From NCBI GenBank assembly GCA_963819805.1, contig CAWFXY010000047.1:13040-77039 (forward strand): DNA of 64,000 nucleotides, read 5' to 3'. The position numbers and the translations under genes are program-made. Every line of letters begins with the position of its first letter. The stretch's first letter is position 1. Shown here piece by piece: positions 8,988 through 21,990 of this stretch. Below the pieces are notes generated by a model, which saw nothing but the letters and a program-made list of their open reading frames with translations, was not told the origin of the DNA and ran no database searches. The stretch comes from an uncultured Planctomycetota bacterium. GTDB taxonomy: Bacteria > Planctomycetota > Planctomycetia > Isosphaerales > Isosphaeraceae.

Positions 8988-9265
8988 AGGTCGAGGTTCT
9001 CGGCGGTGATCTCGGCGATCACGTTCTTGAGCCGCTGGAGCTCGGCCTCGCGCGTCTGCTCCTTGGCGTCGGGCCGGCCCCTCTTGTCCTCGAACACGCG
9101 GGCCGCCGAGCCGAGCAGTTGCTTCTTCCAGGCGTAGAACTGGACCGGGTTGAGCCCCTCGCGGCGGCAGAGGTCGGAGACCTCGACGTCGGGCTCCATG
9201 CCGGCCAGGACGATCCGGAGCTTCTCGGTGGCGCTCCACGTCCGCCGCTTCCCGTTCGTGCCCAT
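8966..9265 (-). CDS. IS3-family transposase OrfA (HTH)
   Basis: 99-aa ORF reading MGTNGKRRTWSATEKLRIVLAGMEPDVEVSDLCRREGLNPVQFYAWKKQLL... This is a typical OrfA helix-turn-helix plus leucine-zipper-like tail. Confidence 0.85.
   Translation of the reverse strand: MGTNGKRRTWSATEKLRIVLAGMEPDVEVSDLCRREGLNPVQFYAWKKQLLGSAARVFEDKRGRPDAKEQTREAELQRLKNVIAEITAENLDLKKGRSG
8981..8987 (-). other. programmed -1 ribosomal frameshift heptamer A-AAA-AAG
   Basis: The minus strand reads ...gac cta aaa aag ggg..., so the A6G run is in phase X-XXY-YYZ with OrfA. It lies 5 codons before the OrfA stop, and the OrfB frame is open from here. Confidence 0.75.
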
Positions 9266-9353
9266 CGCTTATCCTCCAGGTCGTCATCATCGTACCCCTG
9301 GAGGAGGCTGATCTCTAACCAAGGCTCTGTGCCATTTGGGCTGACACACTACA

Positions 9354-9575
9354 GCGCGCCTCGTAGCTCGCGGCCGCGACGACGCCCCGCTCGCGTGAGC
9401 CGCCGACCGCGACGGGCTTGCCGCGGAGCCCGGGATCGTCCCGCTGTTCGACGGAGGCGTAGAACGCGTCCATATCGACGTGGATGATCTTGCGCTGCCG
9501 CGCAGGCCCGACCTCGCCCCCTTGGTTGGGCGTGGCGACCGCCGGAGCCAATCGCTCGATTTCCGCGACCGGCAT
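9354..9575 (-). pseudogene. dinB: DNA polymerase IV, 5' portion upstream of the IS insertion
   Basis: MPVAEIERL...[47 protein letters not shown], after which the IS3 end begins. Confidence 0.85.
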
Positions 9576-10008
9576 CGGAATCGAGGCCGCGAGGGCCCCC
9601 CTCGTTCTCCCTCTCGTCTTCGGCGACGGCGACGCGGGGGGCGATCCGCGTCCCTGGACCGCCCGCGCTCCCCACCGGTCGCGGATGCGACTCCCACATG
9701 CTCTACCAGATGGCTGTCCACGAGTGTACAGACGCCACCTGAATGGGAGCCAGGACGGTGTGCGAGCATGCCGGTCCCTGCACGGCGCGACATGGCCTCT
9801 CCCGATGCCGGCCGGCGCTCGACGTCATTGAGGGCCCGGCCCGTACCCGCCGGCGAGTAGGACGAGGCTGCTTTGTTAACCCGCCGTCCATACGCCTTCG
9901 GCCGACGACACCGAAGCAGGTTGCGGTTAATTAAAGGTTCTCAAATGAGTCGGTCGCCGACGAGTGAGCAGTCCGGTTGCACGTTGGACATCCGGGTAAG
10001 AATTGGGG

Positions 10009-10418
10009 TGGCGGGGCGGCGGGACTTGCACCCGCGTCCCTGTTTGCGTAACTGTTTTCCCTAGATGTTGTTACGACAAGTCATTTGGTGGTCGGCCGGA
10101 AATGGACAGGGACGGCCGAGGCACTCCCTGAGTTGGTCGCAAGCTGGCACTGCCTGACGCCTTCCGTCAGGGCCGTGATCATCGATCTGATTCGGTGAGG
10201 GTGACAGTTGGCACCGAGGTCAACCGTCAAACTACCGCGGAGCTCTCCTTTGCCGATCCTCATTGGCGCGAGCGTGCGATTTGAATGTCGTCCGCGTTCA
10301 CGTGGCAAAATATCGCATCCGTGCTTCCGTCGCCTCCGGATCTTGTAGCCCGACTCTGATCGGGACTTCGCTACCATCCCGAATACAACTGAGCGATTGA
10401 AAATCAGAGGCCGACCCC
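10009..10418 (-). ncRNA. tmRNA-like (ssrA-like) RNA candidate, non-canonical
   Basis: The 3' end GGGACGCGGG-UGCAAGU-CCCGCC resembles the conserved tmRNA end GGACGCGGGUUCxAxUCCCGCC. The T-arm is 10035-10019, followed by CGCCCC, then G, then CCA (10011-10009). The 5' GGGGUCGG (10418-10411) can pair with that post-T-arm strand. CUGAUUUUC (10407-10399) pairs with GGAAAACAG (10060-10052) as a P2-like helix. CUCUGAU and AUCAGAG (10409-10403 / 10360-10354) give a pseudoknot option. An A/U-rich GAUAUUUU followed by GCC (10306-10304) lies 112 nt from the 5' end, where a resume codon is expected. Caveats: there is no G3:U70 pair, the acceptor 3' strand is only 6 nt, the T-loop has G at position 55, and no clean tag ORF is present (GCC ACG UGA). 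Confidence 0.45.
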
Positions 10419-10727
10419 GCGAATCCCAGCGCGCCGATCCTAGCCTGCGGCTGCGGATCGCGCAGGTTGCCAGGGGCAGGACTGGGTCTATTCTTGGCTG
10501 CGCGCGCGGCTGCTGCTGTCGTCCTGCGTGTATCCGGGAAGCGCTTCAGCCGGTGCAGACGGTCCTCGTGCGCCGGGCGGTACCCCGGCCGACGCTCCGC
10601 CAGGCGGTCGGCCACCTGCGCCGCAGCGCGCAACTCCGCGCCGGATTGCTCGTGGAGCCGCGCGCTTCAGTATGCCTTGTCCGCCGGGGACCAGGCCTCG
10701 GTCAGACGGACGCGGTAGATGGGAGCG

Positions 10728-13090
<2,363 letters not shown>

Positions 13091-13094
<4 letters not shown>

Positions 13095-13714
13095 GGCAAC
13101 GCACCGTTTCCAACGGACATGGGAGACTCAGCCTGCCCTTCCTCTTCCAGCAGCCGGCGGACCCGGTCGCGCGCCTTGTACACGCCCGAGAGCGTCATGC
13201 CGAGGTCGCGGGCCACCTCGCGGACCTCCTGACCCTGGAGGAATGTCCGGGTGAAGGCCTCCCAGGTGTGCGGTTGCACGCGGCCGCGGACGCGGGCACA
13301 GACCTGCTCGGTGCGCTCGCAGTCGGCCCGGAATTCCTCGTCGAGCTCGCCGGCCAGCTCGTCAACGCTGACGGGGTCGGGCCAGCACTTCAGGACGTCG
13401 CCGGCCGGCTGGCCGGGGCGCTGCAGTCGGGCAAAGTCCACGACCTCGTTGCCGACGACCCGGCGAAGCCAGCCGCGGAAGCTGCCGGGGGCGTTCCGAC
13501 GGTATACCCCGCGGGCCAGCCCGACGACGAGCTTGTGCAGCACGCGCGAAGCGACCTCCTCGGCATCGTCCGCTTGGAGCCGGCGGCACCAGCGGAGAAT
13601 GCGCGGCCGGTAGCGTACGACGAAGACCCGCCACGCCTCCTCGTTGCCGCCGACCGCCAGGTGGGGCAACAGCAGCGAGGTCGCCAGTTCCGCGGGGTCG
13701 GGGGCCTCATTCAT
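13091..13714 (-). CDS. ECF-type RNA polymerase sigma-70 family factor
   Basis: 207-aa intact ORF. Region 2-like segments are EEVASRVLHKLV and FRGWLRRVVGNEVVDFAR. The region 4 HTH is EVARDLGMTLSGVYKARDRVRRLL. The stop overlaps the kinase start (ATGA, 13094-13091). Confidence 0.8.
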
Positions 13715-13861
13715 CGATCGCCCGCCTTCGCAGCTGCGCCATAAGTACGCAGCGCATCGAAGGCTAACACACAGTCTGTCGGCGCGTCCAACGGTTTCGT
13801 TCTGTATGTGGCGGACCCGCGCGGGCCGAACAACCTATCGCTCCCATTAGGCGAGGCAGCC

Positions 13862-14926
13862 ATGATCAAGCCACAGCGACGTTGCCGGGGCTTCACGCTG
13901 ATCGAATTGCTCGTCGTCATCGCGATCATCGCCGTTCTGATTGCGCTGCTCTTGCCCGCGGTCCAGGCCGCTCGCGAGGCGGCGCGGCGCATCAAGTGCG
14001 TCAACAATCTGAAGCAAATCGGGCTGGGCCTGCTCAACTACCATGACGCGCTCGGGGGCTTCCCGATCGGGTCATCGGCGAACGTGACGCAATTGCCCAG
14101 GACCTATGCGGGGCCTCACGGTCTCAGTGCCCAGGCCCAGATGCTCGGGTTCCTGGAGCTGACGACGCTCTACAACTCGATCAACTTCAACTTCGGCGTG
14201 GCTGCGCAAGATCCCACCATCGGCCCCATCCAAATAACCGCCTGCACGACCAAGGTGGCGGTATTCATGTGCCCGTCCGATCCCAACGTGGGCGTCGCGG
14301 TGAGCCCCGGGGGCGAGGTGCTCCTGAACAGCTACTTCGCCTCCTTCGGCACGACCACGACCCCATCCACCGTTCAGGTCACGACCGGCAGTACGGGGCT
14401 GTTCACCTGGTGGAGATCCTACGGCATCCAGAACTGCATCGACGGCACGTCGAATACGATCGCCTTCTCGGAGAATAGGGTCGGCGACGGCACGACCGCC
14501 AACGTGAACCGGGGCACGGGTGTGTTTGCCGTCGCTCTCCCGGCCGCGGCCGAAGTTTACGACGCCTCGGCGAACTGGCCCGCGGTCCAGGCTGGAATGC
14601 AGCTCTGCAACGCAGCCATTACCTCGGGGGCCAATATCAGCAACGTCAGCGGCAACTACTGGATGCGCGGCGGGGCGGCCGACACGTTGTTCAACACCGT
14701 GGCGACGCCGAACTCCCAGGTGAATCCCTGGTCCTGGTGCGCCGATGCGCCGAGCCAGAACAACGAGTGCGAGTTCTCCAAGGCGCAGAGCTCCCACCCC
14801 GGCGGCGTGAACGTACTCATGGCCGACGGCAGCGTCCGGTTTGTCAAGGATTCGATCAACCAGGCCACGTGGTGGGCCCTCGGCACCAAGGCCAATGGCG
14901 AGGTCGTCAGCGCGGACAGCTACTAG
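13862..14926 (+). CDS. DUF1559 protein with type IV pilin-like N-terminal methylation motif and H-X9-DG C-terminal motif
   Basis: [43 protein letters not shown]... and C-terminal [19 protein letters not shown]. The ORF track extends upstream to 13808. Confidence 0.9.
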   Translation: MIKPQRRCRGFTLIELLVVIAIIAVLIALLLPAVQAAREAARRIKCVNNLKQIGLGLLNYHDALGGFPIGSSANVTQLPRTYAGPHGLSAQAQMLGFLELTTLYNSINFNFGVAAQDPTIGPIQITACTTKVAVFMCPSDPNVGVAVSPGGEVLLNSYFASFGTTTTPSTVQVTTGSTGLFTWWRSYGIQNCIDGTSNTIAFSENRVGDGTTANVNRGTGVFAVALPAAAEVYDASANWPAVQAGMQLCNAAITSGANISNVSGNYWMRGGAADTLFNTVATPNSQVNPWSWCADAPSQNNECEFSKAQSSHPGGVNVLMADGSVRFVKDSINQATWWALGTKANGEVVSADSY

Positions 14927-14946
14927 GCACTGACATGCCCCCGGCC

Positions 14947-16448
14947 GTGACTCCGATGATGTCCTGGCCGTAGTGGAAGGTTGATCGAAGAAATCGGTGG
15001 CGGCTCCCAGCTCGAGGGACATATCCTCCGGTTGCCAAACCTTCACAGGAGCCACCACCGATGACCCGACGCTACCAGATCGTCGACCGACCCGACAGCA
15101 GATCCACGCTCGACCCCGCCAAGCTCGCCACACTCCTCGCCAAGGACGGCCAACTCCTGCTGCCCCTGCTCGACCTCATCGAGAATGCGGAGTCCGCCGT
15201 CGACGACCTGATCGACGTCATGGGCCGCGCCACCATCGAGGCCGTCCTGCTCATGAGCGCCGCCGCCGTGGCCGGCCCCAAGCAGCAGGGCAAGAAGGCC
15301 GACCGCGACATCGTCTACCACGGCAGCCAGACCGGCCGGGTCGCCCTGAAGGAGCGGCAACTCCGCGTGACCAAGCCCAGGCTCCGCAGGAAGGCCTCCC
15401 GGCCCGGAGAGGCCGGCGAGGTCGAGATCCCGGCCTATGAGGCGATGCGCAAGGACGGGCGTCTCGCCGACCGCATGCTCGAGATCCTCATCGACGGCGT
15501 CTCGACCCGCCGCTACGAGGGCGTGCTCCCGGAGATGGCCGAGACCGTCGGCGTGTCCAAGAGCCAGGTCTCGCGCGAGACGATCGAGGCCGGCGAACGG
15601 CTCCTGAAAGAGATGGCCGAGCGCGACTTCTGAAGGGGCTGGAGCTGCTGGCCATCTGGATCGACGGCCTCCAGCTCGGCGGGCACCATGTGATCTGCGC
15701 CGTGGGCGTCGATGCCGAGGGGTACAAGCACGTCCTGGGCTTGCGCGAGGGGGCGACCGAGAACGCGGCGGTCGCCACGGCGCTGCTGGAGGACCTGGTC
15801 CGCCGCGGCCTCGATCCGGCCCGGCCGCGACTGTTCGTCATCGACGGCTCGAAGGCCCTGCGGTCGGCCGTCGGCGCGGTGTTCGGGGCCGATCAACCGG
15901 TCCAGCGCTGCCGCAACCACAAGCCGAGGAACGTGACGTCGCACCTGCCCAAGGATCAGCACGAGCAGGCCATCGCGACGATGCGGGCGGCGTTCAAGCT
16001 GGAGGCGGCCGAAGGCGACGGCCAAGCTCGAGCAGTACGCCTCCTGGCTGGAGCGGGAGTGGCCCGGGGCGGCGGCCTCGCTCCGCGAGGGCCTGGAGGA
16101 GCTGTTCACGGTGAATCGGCTCGGGCTGACGAGCTCGCTCCGCCGCTGCCTGGGCACGACGAACCTGATCGACAACGGGCACTCCGCGGCGCGGGATCGG
16201 ATGCGTCGGGTGAAGCACTGGCAGAGCGGCGAGATGGCCCTGCGTTGGACGGCGGCTTCGTTCGAGGCGGCCTCGAAGGGCTTCCGGCGGATCATGGGCT
16301 ACAAGGACATCTGGATGCTCAAGGCGATCCTGGACGAACGAGACCGCGACAGGCGGCTTGCCCGTCAGGCTGTTGCCGGATAGGGTCAGATCGCACACCC
16401 GAGCCGCCGCCACTTCCAACTACCGGCAGGACATCTTCGTGAGTCCAC
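14947..16448 (+). mobile_element. IS256-like (Mutator-type) insertion sequence, about 1.5 kb
   Basis: Imperfect terminal inverted repeats of about 35 bp. The left repeat is GTGACTCCGATGATGTCCTGGCCGTAGTGGAAG (from 14947). The right repeat, as the reverse complement of ..16448, is GTGGACTCACGAAGATGTCCTGCCGGTAGTTGGAAG. I could not identify a target duplication. Confidence 0.65.
15061..16383 (+). pseudogene. IS256-family transposase, two frame breaks
   Basis: ORF 15061..15633 ends ...LKEMAERDF, stopping at 15631-15633. The next frame continues KGLELLAIWIDGLQLGGHHVICAVGVDAEGYKHVLGLREGATENAAV...RCRNHKPRNV...AFKLEAAEG. A break at ~16015-16025 leads to AKLEQYASWLEREWPGAAASLREGLEELFTVNRLGL...GYKDIWMLKAILD*. 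Confidence 0.85.
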
Positions 16449-16627
16449 CTGTTATGTTACTGCCGCGACCGCTCCGGCCATAGCCGCCGGACCCAGGAGC
16501 CGCGCCCGAGCGCGTGCGTCCACGGCACGATCGCCTCGGGCGCCGGCGGCCGATGCCCGACTGGCATCCCGCCGGTCCGTGGATTAGAGTGACCACCTGC
16601 GGTGAAAGCAACCCTGGCAGAGCCGCC

Positions 16628-19600
16628 ATGGCCGAAGATCCGTCTCACACCGCCGGACCTCTCGCAGTCGCCACCGCCGAGCCGGCCGTCGCCCCTCCTG
16701 CTAGCCCGCCGGGCTACGAATTGTGCGAGGAGATCGGCCACGGCGGCATGGGCGTCGTTTATCGCGCGCTCGACACCGCGCTCGATCGCCATGTCGCCAT
16801 CAAGCTGCTCGCCGAGCGTTACCCGATCGACTCATCGGGCGCCCAGCGCTTCCTTATCGAGGCGCGCATCACCGGTCAGCTGCAGCATCCGGGCATCCCG
16901 GCGGTCCACCAGGTCGGCACGCTCGCCGATGGCCGGCCCTTCCTGGCGATGAAGCTCATCAAGGGCAGCACTTTCGAAGCCATCCTGAGACGGCCGACCG
17001 ACCCGGCGGCGGAGCGCGGCCGGCTGCTGGCCATCTTCGAGGCCGTGTGCCAGGCGGTCGGCTACGCCCACGCCCACCGGGTGATCCACCGCGATCTGAA
17101 GCCGGCCAACGTGATGGTGGGCGCCTTCGGCGAGGTCCAGGTCATGGACTGGGGCCTGGCCAAGGTCCTCGGCGAGGAGCGGCCCGCCGACCTGCCGCTC
17201 GGGGCGGAGCAGACCCAGGTCTGGACGCGGATCAGCTCGACCCCCGACTCGTCGTCTAATACCGCGGCCGGGAGCATGGTGGGCACGCCCGCGTACATGC
17301 CGCCGGAGCAGGCGGTCGGCCAGATCGAACGGGTCAACGCGCGCTCCGACGTGTTCGGGCTCGGCGCCTTGTTGGCGGTGGTCCTGACGGGCAAGCCGCC
17401 GTACGTGGGAGAGACACACGATTCGGTGCGCGTGATGGCGGTGCGCGGCACGTTGGAGGACTGCTTCGCCCGGCTGGATGCCTCGGGTGCCGAGCCGGAG
17501 CTCGTGGCGCTCTGCAAGAGATGCCTGGCGTTCGAGCCGGCGGATCGGCCGGCGGACGCAGGGGCCGTGGCGCAGGCCGTCGCCGATCTGAGGGCGGAGG
17601 CCGACGAGCGGGCGCGCTGCGCGGAGTTGGAGCGGGTTCGGATCGAGGGGGAGCAGGCGACGGCCCTGGCGCGGGCGGCCGAGCGGCGCAAGAGGCGGCG
17701 GCTCGTGCTTGGAGCGGCGGCGCTGCTGGCGCTGGCGGCCATCAGCGGGATGTCGGCGGTGCTCGCCGTGCAGCGCCGGGCCAACTCCGACCTGGCCGAC
17801 AAGAACACCGCACTCGCCGCCGAGCACGCCAGGGCGACCCACGCCCAGAAGGTCGCCCAGGCGGAACGACAGCAGGCGGTGACCAACCTGTATCACGCCC
17901 GCGTCGAGGAGGCGGGCGCGCTGCGCCGCGCACGGTCCATGGGCTACCGGGGGCAGGTCTTCAACCTTCTCCGGGAGGCGCTCCAGCTCGATACACCCGA
18001 CAAGGACAGCGACAGGCTTCGCCAGGAAGCCGTGAACTGCCTGGGCGATTTCGTCGGCCTGGAACCGATCACCTGGGAGGATTTCCCGTCGACGATCCGG
18101 GACATTGCCCTCACGCCCGACGGGGAAAACCTGGCCGTCGCGCTGGACAACGACACGATCGAGCTCCGCAGCGTCCGCACGGGCGGCGTGGCCGCGCGGA
18201 TGGCCGAATCCGCGATCGGCCTGGGCATCGACGCGGAGAAACGCTGGCTGATCACCATCGGGCCCAAGGGGACGATCAAGGCCTGGCCCGATCTCGGGAT
18301 GAAGGCTGCGCCTGCCGTGCATGCCAGTGAGATGGGTGCCAATCTCGCGGGGATGTCGAACAACGGGAGGTTCGCGACCGTCTATTCGGCGCGGAAGGAG
18401 GGTTCGGCGCTCGCCCTCTGGGACGTCGCCCGCCACGAGGTCAAGGCACAGCTCGAGGTCCCCTCCGAGCTGTTCCTGGGGGGGTTCCAGGTGAGCGACG
18501 ATGGCCGGCGCGTGGCCCAGTGTGTCCGGGGAGAACAGAAGCTCCACGCACTCGTATGGGATTTGCCGGCCGCCGCGCCGAAGAAGGTCTTCTTCGCGAA
18601 CACGAGCCAGAACACGCGCGCGCTGACGATCAGCCCCGACGGGAGGTTCCTGGCGTGCTTCCACGGGGATGACGGGCTCGTCCTGCTCGATCTGCAGGAA
18701 TCGCTGCCCAGGCCGCTTCTCCGCTCCGACTCGGTGTTGGGCGCCGGCTTCAGCGGGGACGGCCGCTTGCTGGTGTACCGCACGATCACCGGCGTCATCA
18801 AACTCTGGAGCGTGTCCCGCCACCAGGAAGTGGCGACCCTCTACCACCCCGGGGATGTCGGGACGGCGGACTCTTCGCTGGTGAGTTTCAGCACGGACGG
18901 CGGCACGTTCGCCACGGCGGGCGCCCGTTCCATCCGCATCTGGAAGCTGTCCGGTTCCGGCGAGAAGCCGCCGCTGTCCGGGCACGAGGGCGGCGTGACC
19001 AGCGTCGCCTTCGGCCCGGGGGGGAAGATGCTGGCATCGGGGAGCAAGGACCGATTGGTCAAGCTCTGGGACGCCGAGACGGGGCGGCTCCTGCGCACCC
19101 TGCCGCCCTTCGAAACGCCGATCCAATCCGTCGCCTTCAGCCCGGACGGCCGCCTGCTGGCCACGGGCCAGTTCCCGCCGAAATTGCAGCCCGTGAGGGT
19201 CTGGGACGTGGCGACCCTGAAAGAGACCGCCCCGCCCGATGACGAGCTGGGTGGCTTTGCCATGGCCGTGGCCTTCAGCCCGGACGGCAAGACCCTGGCC
19301 GCCTGCGGCCAGGGCTTGACGGTCTGGCGCGTGGCGAACGATGAAAAGGGAGCGGGAGCGACTTCAGTCCCATCGTTCCGACGAGTCGTCCATCTGCCTG
19401 GGCAACGATCGTTGTACATTCGCATCAGCCCCGACGGCAAGCTACTGGCGTGGGTGGATGATGCCTTTCTGGTCTGCCTCTGGGACCTGGAAAACAACCG
19501 AGAGATCCCGTTCCCGGGGCCGCCGCTGATGCTGGGCTGGCACAACCTCGCGTTCTATCCGGATAGCGATCACGTCACGTTCGTCACCGGGAAGGGAATG

Positions 19601-20808
19601 GTCGAGACGTGGGACGCACGCGCCGCGCGGAGGGTGTCCAGCTTCGGTCGCGAGGGGCATTATATCGCCGCCAGCCCGGACGGCCGGTGGTTGACGACCG
19701 TGAAGGATTCGTCGACGGTCAACCTGTGGAGCTCCCGATCGGGCTCGCCTGCCTTCACGCTGCCGCAGGAAAGCGGCCCGATCTGGTCGCTGGCCTGGAG
19801 CCCGGACGGCGAGCGCCTGGGCGTCGGCCTGGCGGACGGCGGGCTGGAGATCTGGAACGTCCCCGGTATCCAGGCCGAGCTCGGCCGGATCGGCCTCGCA
19901 TGGCACCCGGGGACCGGTCCGCCGCGGGAGCAGGAGCCGCAGCCTTCCCAGCCCGCGACGCCCCTGGAGCGCGTGGCCCGGATCACGAATTACTACAACC
20001 TCGCCAAGCGCCTCGCGTCGGTCGGACGGGTTCAGGACGCGGACGAGGCGAATCGCGAGGGGCTGAAAACCCTCGATGATTCCGATATGTCTCTCAATAT
20101 GGCCCAGGTCCTGCTGCTCAGGACTGCGGCGCTGCAAGCCTGGCTCGCCCGCGATAAGGAGCTCGCCGCCACTCGCGAGCGGGCGCTCAAGATCGGCCAG
20201 CAAACCAAAGACCCGACGTTCGCCGAGCGTGTGTCCAAGATCTGCAACCTGAGTCCATCCGACGCCCGGACGCACGCCGCCGCGCTGCGCTCGCCCGGCG
20301 CTCGGTCGAGCTGGGGGCCGGTTATCCCAACCTGGCCTACTTCCAGATGGCCCTGGGCATTGCCGAATACCGCAACCGCAATTACAAGGCGGCGGACACT
20401 GCGCTTCGCGCCGCAGAGAAGCTCGGAAGCAACGACTATAGAGTCTCTGTCACGGCGGCGTTGTACCGTGCGATGAGCCTGTTTCGGCAGGGCGACGGGA
20501 CCGAGGCTCGCAAGGTGGCGACCGAGGCCGCCGCTCGAATGAAGCCGCTTCCCGCCGACGAGAAGAACCCGCTCGGCGGCAACGGCGACCACGACGACAT
20601 CATCCTCTGGCTCGCCTACAAGGAAGCAAAGGCCATGATCGGTCCCGCCGACCCCCCGCCGCCCCCGCGCAGCCCGCCGGGCGATGATCGCGCCGCCGGG
20701 CTGCGGCCCGCTCCCCCCGAGTCGGGTCGTGTTCGCCGCCCGATGAGCAGACGGACCGCGGCCGGGTGGCGACTCCGACAGGGGGCGACTCCGGTCCGCT
20801 CGCGATGA
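16628..20808 (+). pseudogene. Ser/Thr kinase - TM - WD40-repeat - TPR-like tail protein (about 1390 aa), one frame break near the 3' end
   Basis: Hanks motifs are GHGGMGVVYRA, HRDLKPANVMV, DWGLAK and PAYMPPE. Multiple WD40 units are present, for example GHEGGVTSVAFGPGGKMLASGSKDRLVKLWD. A break at ~20285-20292 joins ORF 16514..20476 (...DARTHAAALR) to the frame of ORF 20347..20808 (LARRSVELGAGYPNLAYFQMALGIAEYRN...DIILWLAYKEAKAMIG). The likely start is ATG 16628. Confidence 0.85.
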
Positions 20809-20849
20809 CCCCATGCCGCGCGGCGGTAGACGTCCCGTCCTGAGTCATA

Positions 20850-21990
20850 CGGATCCAGAATAATTTCGGCGTCCAGTGGCCTTTCCTCGGTCGTGTTGGC
20901 ATGATGGGCCTTCGTCACGGAGGATGCCCATCATGCACATCGAAGCCCGTCATGACCTCAAGTCACTCCAAGCCCTGACCCGTCAACAGGAAGGGCGGAG
21001 AGCCTGGAAGCGGCACCAGGCCGTCGTCCTCGCCAAGCAGGACAAGACCGCCGAGGAGATCGCGAAGGCGCTGGACTGCGGCGCCCGCACGGTCCAGACC
21101 TGGGTCAAGAACTACAACGCCGGGGGCGTCGAGGCGCTGGCCGAGCGGCCCCGCTCCGGCCGGCCCACCACGCTGCCGCGCGACCAGGAGGACCGACTCC
21201 GACGGCGGCTCGACGCGCCGCCGAGGTCCGGGGACGGCACCTGCGCCCTGCATGGGCCGGACGTCCGACGCATCCTCGAGCGCGAGTTCGGCGTCATGTA
21301 CACGCTCCAGGGCGTCTACGACCTGCTCCATCGCCTCGGCTATAGCAGCCTGATGCCCCGGCCCCGGCACAAGGACGCCGACCCGAGGCGCAGGAGGCCT
21401 TCAAAAAGGGGCTCCCGGGCGGATCGCCGAGGTCGCCGCGGCCCACCCCGACAAGCGGGTCGAGGTCTGGTTCGAGGACGAGGCGCGATTCGGGCAGCAG
21501 GGGACGCTGACGCGGGTCTGGGCCCGGACCGGGTCGCGGCCCCGCGCGGTCAAGCAGACGCAGTACGACTGGACCTACGTCTTCACGGCGGTCTGTCCCG
21601 AGACGGGCGCGGCGGCCGGATTGATCCTGCCGCACGCCGACACCGGCGCGGCCAACCTGATGCTCGCCGAGCTGTCGAAGCGGCTCGCGCCCGACGTGCA
21701 TGCGGTGCTGATCTGGGACGGCGCCGGCTACCACACGAGCCGTGAGCCGATCGTGCCGACGAACATCACCCTGCTGCCGCTGCCGCCGTACGCGCCGGAG
21801 CTCAACCCGGTGGAGAACCTGTGGCATTACCTGCGGAGCCACCGCTGGTCGAACCGGGTGTACCGCGACTACAAGGCGTTGCTGAGGGCGGCGACGGCGG
21901 GCTGGCGGGCCGTCTGTCTGGGGCCGGAGACGATCAAGTCGGTCTGCGCGGCTCCGTACCTGGCAGAGCGCCGGAATTATTCGTGATCGG
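20850..21990 (+). mobile_element. IS630/Tc1-mariner-type insertion sequence (1141 bp) with TA target duplication
   Basis: The terminal inverted repeats are CGGATCCAGAATAATTTCGGCG (20850-20871) and the reverse complement of 21969-21990, CCGATCACGAATAATTCCGGCG (18/22 identical). The element is flanked by TA at 20848-20849 and 21991-21992. Confidence 0.85.
20924..21986 (+). pseudogene. IS630-family transposase, two frame breaks
   Basis: GGAGG precedes ATG 20924, which opens MPIMHIEARHDL...VQTWVKNYNAGGVEALAERPRSGRP...LMPRPRHKDADP. A break at ~21381-21390 leads to EAQEAFKKGLPG. A break at ~21414-21425 leads to RIAEVAAAHPDKRVEVWFEDEARFGQQGTLTRVWA...LIWDGAGYHTS...LPPYAPELNPVENLW. Both shifts look like single-base deletions and neither sits on a slippery heptamer. 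Confidence 0.85.

Larger units (their letters stand above)
7902..9353 (-). mobile_element. IS3-family insertion sequence (1452 bp), apparently intact, inserted in dinB
   Basis: Terminal inverted repeats are TGTAGCGTTTCAACCGTGGTGGCAC (7902-7926) and the reverse complement of 9329-9353, TGTAGTGTGTCAGCCCAAATGGCAC. A 4-bp direct duplication GCGC sits at 7898-7901 and 9354-9357. Removing the IS and one GCGC restores the dinB frame ...SYEAR|EFGVRSAMP... Confidence 0.9.

Noticed and set aside
9921-9940. AT-rich islet ggttaattaaaggttc (contains an 8-bp TTAATTAA palindrome) just 3' of the tmRNA-like gene, as an att core or protein-binding site
   Set aside because: It is a single occurrence with no repeat elsewhere in the window and no adjacent recombinase. 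It is insufficient on its own.
10009-10045. Cobalamin-riboswitch reading of GGGACGCGGGTGCAAGTCCCGCCGCCCCGCCAC, which resembles GGGAA..GGTG.AA.TCC....CCCGC.AC
   Set aside because: No B12-box-like element (AGYCMGGAGACCKGCC type) follows, and the next minus-strand gene is dinB, which is not a B12-related gene. The long-range pairing with a GGGGUCGG 5' end 400 nt upstream fits a tmRNA-like fold better. Still unproven.
21399-21410. ttcaaaaagggg in the IS630 transposase as a programmed -1 frameshift site
   Set aside because: Only five consecutive A are present, so there is no A-AAA-AAG heptamer in phase. Restoring the protein also needs two separate shifts that flank this site (~21385 and ~21420) rather than one shift at it.
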